A DNA stretch of 64,000 nt, taken from Bacillota bacterium (GTDB lineage Bacteria; Bacillota_I; Bacilli_A; RF39; UBA660). Below are positions 55,456 to 64,000 of the stretch, one piece after another (within the stretch, counting starts at the first letter, position 1; each line of letters starts with the position of its first letter). The stretch covers positions 8,733 to 72,732 of the forward strand of contig SVAL01000008.1 of NCBI GenBank assembly GCA_015059405.1. The letters run 5' to 3'. Below the pieces are notes generated by a model. The model saw only the letters and a list, made by a program, of their open reading frames with translations, did not search any database and was not told the DNA's origin. A program made the position numbers and the translations under genes.

Positions 55456-57430
55456 ATGGTGAAACCAGTACAATAGTTAAAATTGTTAAGGGAAACACGG
55501 TAAGTGCTCCCGAATTACCAACAAGGGAGGGGTACACCTTCCTTTATTGGTATAAGGGAGATAATATATATGACTTTAATGATATTGTAACTGAAGATTT
55601 CACTTTGGTAGCTATTTGGAAGGCTAATGAATATGAGATAACATGGATTGTTGACGGTGTGTCTCATGTTGAATTACACAAATATGATACTATTCCTGAA
55701 TTTAAAGGTGATACTTCTAAGGAATCTGACAAAATTTATAATTATAAATTTATTGGATGGGACAAAGAAGTAAGTAAAGTAACAGGAAAAGTTACATATA
55801 TAGCTCAATATGAAAAGACATATATAGATTACGAAATTAAGTTTGTTGATGATGATGGTTCTTTAATTAGTAGTGAAAAATATCACTACGGTGATAAAGT
55901 AACAAAACCATCAGATCCAAGTAAAGATGCAACAGCACAATACACATATACATTTAGTGGATGGGATAAAGATGTTGTAGATGTAGTGGGAGAAGCTACA
56001 TATAAAGCAACATACTCATCAGTAGTAAATGAATATAAAGTAACTTGGGTAGTTGATGGAGTTTCAACTGAAGAAACCTATAAATATGGTGAAATACCAA
56101 GTTTCAAAGGTAGTACTTCTAAACCAGCAGATAACACATACACATATGAGTTTGATGATTGGGATAAAGAAGTAAGTATGGTAACAGGAGATGTTACATA
56201 TACAGCAAAATATAAGGCAACTTATATTGAATATGAAGTAAAATTTGTAGACGAAGATGGTACTTTAATTAGTAGTGGAAAATATCACTATGGAGATAAA
56301 GTAGCATTACCATCAGATCCAAGTAAAGCTGCAACAGTTCAATATACATATACATTTAGTGGATGGGATAAAGAAGTTGTAGATGTAGCAGGAGAAGCTA
56401 CATATAAAGCTACATATTCATCATCTATTAACAAATATACAATTACATTTGTTAACTATGATGATAGTGTAATAAGTAGTCAAGTTTATGATTATGGTTC
56501 TATTGTTACACAGCCAAATGCCACTAGATCAGCAACAGCGCAATACACATATACATTTAGTGGATGGGATAAAGTTGTTAAAGATGTAACTGGAAATGCT
56601 ACATATAAAGCGACATACTCATCAGTAGTAAATGAATATAAGGTAACTTGGGTAGTTGATGGAGTTTCAACTGAAGAAACCTATAAATATGGAGAAACAC
56701 CAAGTTTCAAAGGAAATACTTCTAAACCAGCAGATAACACATACACATATGAGTTTGATGATTGGGATAAAGAAGTAAGTATGGTAACAGGAGATGTTAC
56801 ATATACAGCAAAATTTAATCCTATTTATATAGAATATGAAATAAAATTTGTGGATGATGATGATACTTTAATTAGTAGTGGAAAATATCATTATGGAGAT
56901 AAAGTAACATTACCATCAGATCCAAGTAAAGCTGTAACAGCAAAATACACATATACATTTAGTGGATGGGATAAAGAAGTTGTAGATGTAGTAGAAAATG
57001 CTACATATAAAGCAACATACTCATCAGTAGTAAATGAATATAAGGTAACTTGGGTAGTTGATGGAGTTTCAACTGAAGAAACCTATAAATATGGAGAAAC
57101 ACCAAGTTTCAAAGTAAATACTTCTAAACCAGCAGACAACACATACACATATGAGTTTGATGATTGGGATAAAGAAGTAAGTATGGTAACAGGAGATGTT
57201 ACATATACAGCAAAATATAAGGCAACTTATATTGAATATGAAGTAAAATTTGTGGATGAAGATGGAAGTTTTATTAGTAGTGAAAAATATCACTATGGAG
57301 ATAAAGTAAATGCTTCAATTTATCCTGTTAAAGACAAAACAGCTCAATACACATATACATTTAGTGGATGGGATAAGGAAGTTACTGTTGTTACTGGAAA
57401 TGTAACATACACTGCAACATATACTGCCTC
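55455..57430 (+). repeat. Array of alternating A-type (YKVTWVVDGVSTEETYKYGE.PSFKG..) and B-type (KFVD.DGTLISSGKYHYGDKV..YTYTFSGWDK) coding repeats
   Basis: A/B pairs of about 138 aa repeated at high DNA identity. Confidence 0.85.
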
Positions 57431-60400
57431 TCTTAATATGTATGATGTTAGTTTTGTTGATGAATATGGATTAACAATTCGAAAAGAAAAAATTTGTTAT
57501 GGTGATGTAATTACAGAACCTACTGAACCAACTAAAAATGATCATATATTTTTAGGATGGTATATTGGTGAAGAAAAATATGATTTTAATTCTATTATTG
57601 TTGGTGAATTAGTTTTAACAACTAAGTGGTTACCTATTACTTACATTAAGGTTGATGATTTGGTAAATGATGCATATGAGGTTATCAAAGAACAGTCTTC
57701 TATAGATAAATTTGAGGTAGAAAAAAATAATCATATTATCTCTATTACTATAGTTGATAAAACCATGAGTTCTGCGACAACATTAGCAGGAACAGGAATT
57801 GCAACAGCAGCAGAAAACTTATTAAATACAGCTGGAGTAAAAGAAGTAAAAATCGCAGTAGACGAAAACACTTATGTAATAGTAACAGCAGAAAACTTAA
57901 GACAAAGTATTGCACAATTAGATGCATTATTTAAAGTGTTTGCAGGATCTGACGAAGCAACAGCAGCAGATATAATAGGGAAATCTATATATATTTCTAT
58001 TCAAACTGATTTTGGATATGAACCAATAGATGATAATAATTTTATCGTTAATTTTAATTATGAAATAGATGTTGATAATATGATTGAAGAATCATATTTG
58101 TTAATAAAAAATACTGTTTCTGATGAAAAATTTGAAGTTTATAAGACAGGAAATGCTATTAAGTTAAATATTTATGATAAAACTATGGATTCTATTGTTG
58201 CTTTAAGTGGGACTGGAATTGCAACAGCGGCAGAAAAATTATTAACAAAAGAAGGTGTAAAATCTGTAATTTTACGTGTTCCAGGAACAGATGCTTTTAT
58301 TGAATTAACTAAAGATAATTTAATGGGTAAAATTGGTGAATTAGAAGCACTATTTGTTTATTTAGCGGGGTCTAATACTGCAACAGCCGAAGATTTAATT
58401 GGTAAATCTTTGGATGTTATGATTACACTTGAAGATGGGTATATTTCATCAGATAGTAATAATTTTACAATTTTATTTGCAGAACCTGACATTTTTCAAG
58501 TAACTTTTAATACTAATGGTGGAAGTTATATTAATCCAAGTTTAGTATATTTTGAAAGAACAGTTGATGTTCCAAACATTCCTACAAAGGAAGGACATAC
58601 ATTTAAATATTGGTCTTTAAATGGTATTGAATTTAATTTTGATACTTTAATTGTAAGTGATATTGAATTGGTTGCTGTTTGGGATGTTAATCAATATAAT
58701 GTTGTATTTAAAAATGCAGACGGAAGCATTTTATCTAATGAAACGTATTATTACAATGATAATGTGATTATTCCTAAAAATCCTACTATGGATAGTAATA
58801 GAATTTATTCTTATATCTTTAAAGGATGGGATAGTGAGATTTCAGCTGTAAAGGAAGATGTCGTTTATACTGCAGTTTATGATGTAATTGTTGGTATTGA
58901 TGTTTTAGTTGATGATTCTTATGACATTATAAAAGGACAAGCTTCTAATGATAAATTTACAGTTTCAAAAGACGATAATACCATTATTGTAAATATTTCA
59001 GACTTAACAATGCAATCTGTTACTGCACTAAGTGGAACAGGTATTGTTACAGCAGCAGAAAACTTGTTATCTACTGATGGCGTAAAATCAGTAACTATTT
59101 TTATACCAGGAACTGATGTTTATGTAGAAGTTACTCAAGCTAATTTAATGGAAAAAATTTCTGAATTAGATGCAATGTTTAAATATTTAGCTTCTACTGA
59201 AAATGCTTTAACAGTTGATTTGGTTGGAAAAGGGATAAGAGTTAATATTAATTTAGAATCTGGTTATACTACAAATGATGATTCTACATTTGCTATTTCA
59301 TTTGTTACTGATTTTGATTTTGATAGTGTTGTTGAAAATGCTTATAATAATACAATTAGTACAGTGCCAAGTTCTAGTGCAAATATAACATTATCTGATA
59401 AAGAAATAACAATAGTTGTATTGGATACAAAATCTTCTGCAACAGCATCGTTATTACAGTCATCTATTATTGATATAATAGAGGAATTATTAGAAACTAC
59501 AGGTATAGAAGAAGTTTCTCTATATATTCCTAATAGAAATATTACAGTTAATGTTAATTTAAATAATTTAAATGATAAGATTTTTGAAATTGAAACATTA
59601 TTCAACTATTTAGTTGGTTCAAAAGATTTTATTGCTGGTAATTTAGCAGGAAATACTTTAGAGTTATCTATTAAAGTTAAAGATGGATTTGTAGTAAATA
59701 AAAGTCCTGAATTTACTATTGTATATGATGCTATTTACACAGTAGATTACAATGTAGATGGTAATAAGACATCAGTAAAAGTAGATTATAATGATTATCT
59801 TGATGAACCTACAGTTCCAACAAAAGTTGGATATACTTTCTCACACTGGGAATTAAATGGTGAAAAATATGAATTTAATAAACCTGTAACTAGTGATATG
59901 GAATTAGTTGCTGTATGGAACATTAATAAATATGAAATTAATTTTATATCTAATAATAATGAATATGGTTTATTAAATAAAACAAGTATAGTAGTTGATT
60001 ATGGTACTGAAATTACTATTTCAAATAATCAATTAATAATTGGTGAAGAAGTAGTAATAGCAATTCCTACAATTGCAAATGCTCAATATACATATTATTT
60101 TAAAGAATGGTCAAATGTACCTGCTAATTTATTAGTAGAAGGTGATATGACTATTGAAGCTCTATTTGATAATTATGTAAATGAATATAAGGTAACTTGG
60201 GTAGTAAATGGAGTTTCAACTGAAGAAACATATAAATATGGTGAAATACCAAGTTTCAAAGGAAGCACTTCTAAACCAGCAGACAACACATACACGTATG
60301 AGTTTGATGGTTGGGATAAAGAAGTTGAAAAAGTAACAGGAGATGTTACATATACAGCAAAATTTAATCCTATTTATATAGAATATGAAGTAAAATTTGT

Positions 60401-63400
60401 AGACGAAGATGGTACTTTAATTAGTAGTGGTAAGTATCATTATGGAGATAAAGTTGTAGTGCCAGCTAATCCAAGTAAAGATGCAACAGCACAATACACA
60501 TATACATTTAGTGGATGGGATAAAGAAGTTATAGATGTAGTAGAAAATGCTACATATAAAGCAACATACTCATCAGTAGTAAATGAATATAAGGTAACTT
60601 GGGTAGTTGATGGAGTTTCAACTGAAGAATCATATAAATATGGAGAAACACCAAGTTTCAAAGGAAACACTTCAAAAGCAGCAGATAAAACATATACATA
60701 TGAATTTGCTGGATGGGATAAAGAGGTTGTAGCAGTAACAGGTGAAGTTACATATACAGCTAAGTTCAATCCTATTTATATCGAGTATGAAATAAAATTT
60801 GTAGATGATGATGATACTTTAATTAGTAGTGAAAAATATCACTATGGTGATAAAGTAACATTACCATCAGATCCAAGTAAAGATGCAACAGCACAATATA
60901 CATATACATTTAGTGGATGGGATAAAGTTGTTGTTGATGTAGTAGAAAATGCTACATATAAAGCAACATACTCATCAGTAGTAAATGAATATAAGGTAAC
61001 TTGGGTAGTTGATGGAGTTTCAACTGAAGAAACTTATAAATATGGAGAAACACCAAGTTTCAAAGGAAACACTTCTAAACCAGCAGATAAAACATATACA
61101 TATGAATTTGCTGGATGGGATAAAGGTGTTGAAAAAGTAACAGGAGATGTTACATATACAGCAAAATTTAATCCTGTTTATATTGAGTACGAAGTAAAAT
61201 GGATAGTAGATGGAGTAACAACAACAGAAAACTATCACTTTAACGAAATGCCTAGTTTCAAAGGTAGTACTTCAAAAGCAGCGGATAAAACATATACTTA
61301 TGAATTCGCTGGATGGGATAAAGAAGTAGAAGCAGTAACAGGAGATGTTACATATACAGCTAAATTTAATCCTATTTATATTGAGTATGAAGTAAAATGG
61401 ATAGTTGACGGAGTAACAACAACAGAAAACTATCATTACAATGAAACACCAAGTTTCAAAGGTAGTACTTCAAAAGCAGCAGATAAAATATATACATATG
61501 AATTTGCGGGATGGGATAAAGAAGTTGTAGTAGTAACAGGCGAAGTTACATATACAGCAAAATTCAATCCTATTTATATAGAATATGAAATAAAATTTGT
61601 AGATGATGATGATACTTTAATTAGTAGTGGTAAATATCATTATGGAGATAAAGTAACATTACCATTAGATCCAAGTAAAGATGCAACAGCACAATACACA
61701 TATACATTTAGTGGATGGGATAAAGATGTTGTAGATGTAGTAGAAAATGCTACATATAAAGCAACATACTCATCAGTAGTAAATGAATATAAGGTAACTT
61801 GGGTAGTTGATGGAGTTTCAACTGAAGAATCATATAAATATGGAGAAACACCAAGTTTCAAAGGAAACACTTCTAAACCAGCAGATAACACATATACATA
61901 TGAATTTGCTGGATGGGATAAAGGTGTTGAAAAAGTAATAGGAGATGTTACATATACAGCTAAATTTAATCCTGTTTATATCGAGTATGAAATAAAATTT
62001 GTAGATGATGATGATACTTTAATTAGTAGTGGAAAATATCATTATGGAGATAAAGTAACATTACCATCAAATCCAAGTAAAGATGCAACAGCACAATATA
62101 CATATACATTTAGTGGATGGGATAAAGAAGTTGTAGAGGTAGCAGGAGAAGCTACATATAAAGCAACATATACAGCAACAGTTAACAAATATATAATTAC
62201 ATTTGTAAACTATGATGATAGTGTAATAAGTAGTCAAGTTTATGACTATGGTTCTACTATTACACCACCAACTGCTACTAGAGCAGCAACAGCACAATAC
62301 ACATATACATTTAGTGGATGGGATAAATCAGTTGTACCAGTAGCAGGAGAAGCTACATATAAAGCTACATATACAGCAACAGTTAACAAATATACAATTA
62401 CATTTGTTAACTATGATAATAGTGTAATAAGTAGTCAAGCTTATGACTATGGTTCTACTGTTACACCACCAACTGCTACTAGAGCAGCAACAGCACAATA
62501 CACATATAAGTTTGCTGGATGGGATAAATCAGTTGTACCAGTAGTAGGAGAAGCTACTTATAAAGCTACATATACAGCAACAGTTAACAAATATACAATT
62601 ACATTTGTTAACTATGATAATAGTGTAATAAGTAGTCAAGTTTATGACTATGGTTCTACTGTTACACCACCAATAGCGACTAGACCAGCAACAGCACAAT
62701 ATACATATACATTTAGTGGATGGGATAAAGAAGTTGTAGATGTAGTAGGAGAAGCTACATATAAAGCAACATACTCATCAGTAGTAAATGAATATAAGGT
62801 AACTTGGGTAGTAAATGGTGTATCAACTGATGAAACATATAAATATGGAGAAATGCCAAGTTTCAAAGGAACTATTCCAGAAAATTCATTGGGTGCTGAT
62901 TGTGTTGCTGTATGGGATCCTATAATAACGAGTGTTGTTGGTAATACAACTTATACATTATTAAGTGATCAATGTGGTGTTACAGTTGATCAAAATATTG
63001 ATGAACAATTAAGTACTTTTAGCACACCTAAATTTGATGTTGAGAAAAATGGTGATAATGTAAATGTTAACTTTACTAGTTATGATACTGGTTCATCTTG
63101 GTTCCCTGGTGATGTTCCTCATTCTTTTTCTACTATATTTGATGAAGTTCTTCAAATATTTGATTTATTATCAAATGATGAAAGATATGAATCAGTTACA
63201 TTGTATACGTTATATCCTGGACAAGCCGCTAGCAAAGCACAAACTATTGATTTGAAAAAATATGATTTAAATGATAATTCAGTTGGTGCTTGGTGGGGAT
63301 CTGGAGCTAATGATGATATAAGTAACTGGGTTGGATATTTAGCTACTGGTTCTTTAGGAACTATGAATGCTTATAAATCTGATACTGATGATTTGGTTGG

Positions 63401-63500
63401 TAAGACTGTTACAGTTACAATTAAATTAAAAGAAGATTATGTTAATTCAGTTGATGGTTCTGATACTATCGTGTATAATTTAACATTCTCATCAGATTAA
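55605..63500 (+). CDS. Giant repeat surface protein, downstream frame (2631 aa as tracked). No own ATG, RBS or signal peptide
   Basis: The frame is open from 55443 and already encodes a full Listeria-Bacteroides repeat (NGETSTIVKIVKGNTVSAPELPTREGYTFLYWY..) upstream of the nominal TTG. Dozens of repeats of about 69 aa, five M-modules, unique C-terminal domain. Confidence 0.8.
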   Translation: MVAIWKANEYEITWIVDGVSHVELHKYDTIPEFKGDTSKESDKIYNYKFIGWDKEVSKVTGKVTYIAQYEKTYIDYEIKFVDDDGSLISSEKYHYGDKVTKPSDPSKDATAQYTYTFSGWDKDVVDVVGEATYKATYSSVVNEYKVTWVVDGVSTEETYKYGEIPSFKGSTSKPADNTYTYEFDDWDKEVSMVTGDVTYTAKYKATYIEYEVKFVDEDGTLISSGKYHYGDKVALPSDPSKAATVQYTYTFSGWDKEVVDVAGEATYKATYSSSINKYTITFVNYDDSVISSQVYDYGSIVTQPNATRSATAQYTYTFSGWDKVVKDVTGNATYKATYSSVVNEYKVTWVVDGVSTEETYKYGETPSFKGNTSKPADNTYTYEFDDWDKEVSMVTGDVTYTAKFNPIYIEYEIKFVDDDDTLISSGKYHYGDKVTLPSDPSKAVTAKYTYTFSGWDKEVVDVVENATYKATYSSVVNEYKVTWVVDGVSTEETYKYGETPSFKVNTSKPADNTYTYEFDDWDKEVSMVTGDVTYTAKYKATYIEYEVKFVDEDGSFISSEKYHYGDKVNASIYPVKDKTAQYTYTFSGWDKEVTVVTGNVTYTATYTASLNMYDVSFVDEYGLTIRKEKICYGDVITEPTEPTKNDHIFLGWYIGEEKYDFNSIIVGELVLTTKWLPITYIKVDDLVNDAYEVIKEQSSIDKFEVEKNNHIISITIVDKTMSSATTLAGTGIATAAENLLNTAGVKEVKIAVDENTYVIVTAENLRQSIAQLDALFKVFAGSDEATAADIIGKSIYISIQTDFGYEPIDDNNFIVNFNYEIDVDNMIEESYLLIKNTVSDEKFEVYKTGNAIKLNIYDKTMDSIVALSGTGIATAAEKLLTKEGVKSVILRVPGTDAFIELTKDNLMGKIGELEALFVYLAGSNTATAEDLIGKSLDVMITLEDGYISSDSNNFTILFAEPDIFQVTFNTNGGSYINPSLVYFERTVDVPNIPTKEGHTFKYWSLNGIEFNFDTLIVSDIELVAVWDVNQYNVVFKNADGSILSNETYYYNDNVIIPKNPTMDSNRIYSYIFKGWDSEISAVKEDVVYTAVYDVIVGIDVLVDDSYDIIKGQASNDKFTVSKDDNTIIVNISDLTMQSVTALSGTGIVTAAENLLSTDGVKSVTIFIPGTDVYVEVTQANLMEKISELDAMFKYLASTENALTVDLVGKGIRVNINLESGYTTNDDSTFAISFVTDFDFDSVVENAYNNTISTVPSSSANITLSDKEITIVVLDTKSSATASLLQSSIIDIIEELLETTGIEEVSLYIPNRNITVNVNLNNLNDKIFEIETLFNYLVGSKDFIAGNLAGNTLELSIKVKDGFVVNKSPEFTIVYDAIYTVDYNVDGNKTSVKVDYNDYLDEPTVPTKVGYTFSHWELNGEKYEFNKPVTSDMELVAVWNINKYEINFISNNNEYGLLNKTSIVVDYGTEITISNNQLIIGEEVVIAIPTIANAQYTYYFKEWSNVPANLLVEGDMTIEALFDNYVNEYKVTWVVNGVSTEETYKYGEIPSFKGSTSKPADNTYTYEFDGWDKEVEKVTGDVTYTAKFNPIYIEYEVKFVDEDGTLISSGKYHYGDKVVVPANPSKDATAQYTYTFSGWDKEVIDVVENATYKATYSSVVNEYKVTWVVDGVSTEESYKYGETPSFKGNTSKAADKTYTYEFAGWDKEVVAVTGEVTYTAKFNPIYIEYEIKFVDDDDTLISSEKYHYGDKVTLPSDPSKDATAQYTYTFSGWDKVVVDVVENATYKATYSSVVNEYKVTWVVDGVSTEETYKYGETPSFKGNTSKPADKTYTYEFAGWDKGVEKVTGDVTYTAKFNPVYIEYEVKWIVDGVTTTENYHFNEMPSFKGSTSKAADKTYTYEFAGWDKEVEAVTGDVTYTAKFNPIYIEYEVKWIVDGVTTTENYHYNETPSFKGSTSKAADKIYTYEFAGWDKEVVVVTGEVTYTAKFNPIYIEYEIKFVDDDDTLISSGKYHYGDKVTLPLDPSKDATAQYTYTFSGWDKDVVDVVENATYKATYSSVVNEYKVTWVVDGVSTEESYKYGETPSFKGNTSKPADNTYTYEFAGWDKGVEKVIGDVTYTAKFNPVYIEYEIKFVDDDDTLISSGKYHYGDKVTLPSNPSKDATAQYTYTFSGWDKEVVEVAGEATYKATYTATVNKYIITFVNYDDSVISSQVYDYGSTITPPTATRAATAQYTYTFSGWDKSVVPVAGEATYKATYTATVNKYTITFVNYDNSVISSQAYDYGSTVTPPTATRAATAQYTYKFAGWDKSVVPVVGEATYKATYTATVNKYTITFVNYDNSVISSQVYDYGSTVTPPIATRPATAQYTYTFSGWDKEVVDVVGEATYKATYSSVVNEYKVTWVVNGVSTDETYKYGEMPSFKGTIPENSLGADCVAVWDPIITSVVGNTTYTLLSDQCGVTVDQNIDEQLSTFSTPKFDVEKNGDNVNVNFTSYDTGSSWFPGDVPHSFSTIFDEVLQIFDLLSNDERYESVTLYTLYPGQAASKAQTIDLKKYDLNDNSVGAWWGSGANDDISNWVGYLATGSLGTMNAYKSDTDDLVGKTVTVTIKLKEDYVNSVDGSDTIVYNLTFSSD
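60175..62880 (+). repeat. Second A/B repeat array plus four C-type units (NKYTITFVNYD.SVISSQVYDYGS..)
   Basis: Near-identical DNA blocks. The spurious minus-strand ORFs at 60440-60769 and 61640-61891 end in the same peptide. Confidence 0.85.
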
Positions 63501-63507
63501 AAATAAA

Positions 63508-63542
63508 ATAGCATGTGTCTAATTGACACTGCTATTTTTTTA
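63508..63542 (+). terminator. Rho-independent terminator
   Basis: atagca(t)gtgtc/gacactgctat stem with one bulge, followed by T7. Confidence 0.75.
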
Positions 63543-63606
63543 TTTTGTGTTTATTTGATTATGTATGTGTTTATTTTGTGTTATTCTTTTATTAGGATGT
63601 GAAAAT

Positions 63607-64000
63607 ATGAAGTTAGAGTTTTTAGTTCTTATATATAGTATGATTAATAATTTAATAATATCTGTTGCAAAGATTATTGGTGGATATTTATTAAATCTTG
63701 GTTCATTATTTGCTGATGGGTTACATACTTTTACTGATTTTGTTACTGATATTATTTGTATGGTGGGTTCTAAAGTATCTAAGCATAGACCTACTAAAGC
63801 TCATCCTTTTGGGTTTGGGCGTATTGAGTATTTAGTTAATTTATTTATTGGAGTTGTATTATTTTTATTAGGTATATTTATAATTCTACTTGGTTTCTTT
63901 AAAGAAAAGGGTGAAGTTCCTCCAATTAGTTTAATGTGGTTATTAGGTGGTGCGATTGTTTTAAAATTAATCGCTATTGTAATTATGCATGTTGTTGGGG
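63607..64000 (+). CDS. Cation diffusion facilitator (CDF) transporter, 5' part, truncated by the window end
   Basis: IIGGYLLNLGSLFADGLHTFTDFVTD and HPFGFGRIEYL signatures. Confidence 0.8.
   Translation, partial: MKLEFLVLIYSMINNLIISVAKIIGGYLLNLGSLFADGLHTFTDFVTDIICMVGSKVSKHRPTKAHPFGFGRIEYLVNLFIGVVLFLLGIFIILLGFFKEKGEVPPISLMWLLGGAIVLKLIAIVIMHVVG

Noticed and set aside
54184-63500. CRISPR-like or non-coding satellite interpretation of the highly regular repeats
   Set aside because: The repeats are in frame, multiples of 3 bp, and encode conserved protein modules without spacers. They are coding tandem repeats.
63546-63585. Three direct TGTGTT(T)ATT repeats upstream of the CDF transporter as a metal-regulator operator
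   Set aside because: The repeats are short and T-rich in a very AT-rich spacer. There is no palindromic symmetry and no adjacent regulator gene, so the evidence is insufficient.

Overview
AT-rich (roughly 25-30% GC) chromosome segment from a spore-forming, low-GC Bacillota genome, almost entirely plus-strand coding. No rRNA, tRNA, CRISPR array, transposase or integrase was seen. 0-14.9 kb and 20-26.5 kb hold housekeeping genes: rsgA-rpe, cysteine desulfurase with thioredoxin-fold proteins, archaeal-type proS, radC-mreC-mreD, SpoIVFA/SpoIVFB-like pair, tdk, murE, pro-sigK, yqeG-yqeH, murF-like, ddl. Four accessory blocks stand out. (1) 14.9-20 kb and 27.3-33.8 kb: two paralogous modular type IV pilin-like proteins of 668 and 586 aa. 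The second heads a Tad/Cpa-type pilus locus (tadE-like x2, tadZ, tadA, tadB, tadC) with no Flp pilin or prepilin peptidase in the window. (2) 26.98-27.24 kb: a structured intergenic element that looks like a type I toxin-antitoxin module, with a 25-aa hydrophobic peptide and a convergent terminator-bearing antisense RNA. (3) 34.6-46 kb: an uncharacterised island containing a KilA-N protein and three paralogous large proteins (996, 423 and 1035 aa) with no family I can name. It also holds a HipA/PI3-4-kinase-like protein, a PHP phosphoesterase, an ADP-ribosylglycohydrolase and a 63-aa ORF, followed by an ABC exporter and an out-of-context pyrH. This is my best candidate for a novel system. (4) 52.8-63.5 kb: surface-protein genes, including a giant repeat adhesin split into 423-aa and 2631-aa ORFs at a T5 tract. 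One extra T, or a -1 slip, would fuse them into a protein of about 3105 aa.
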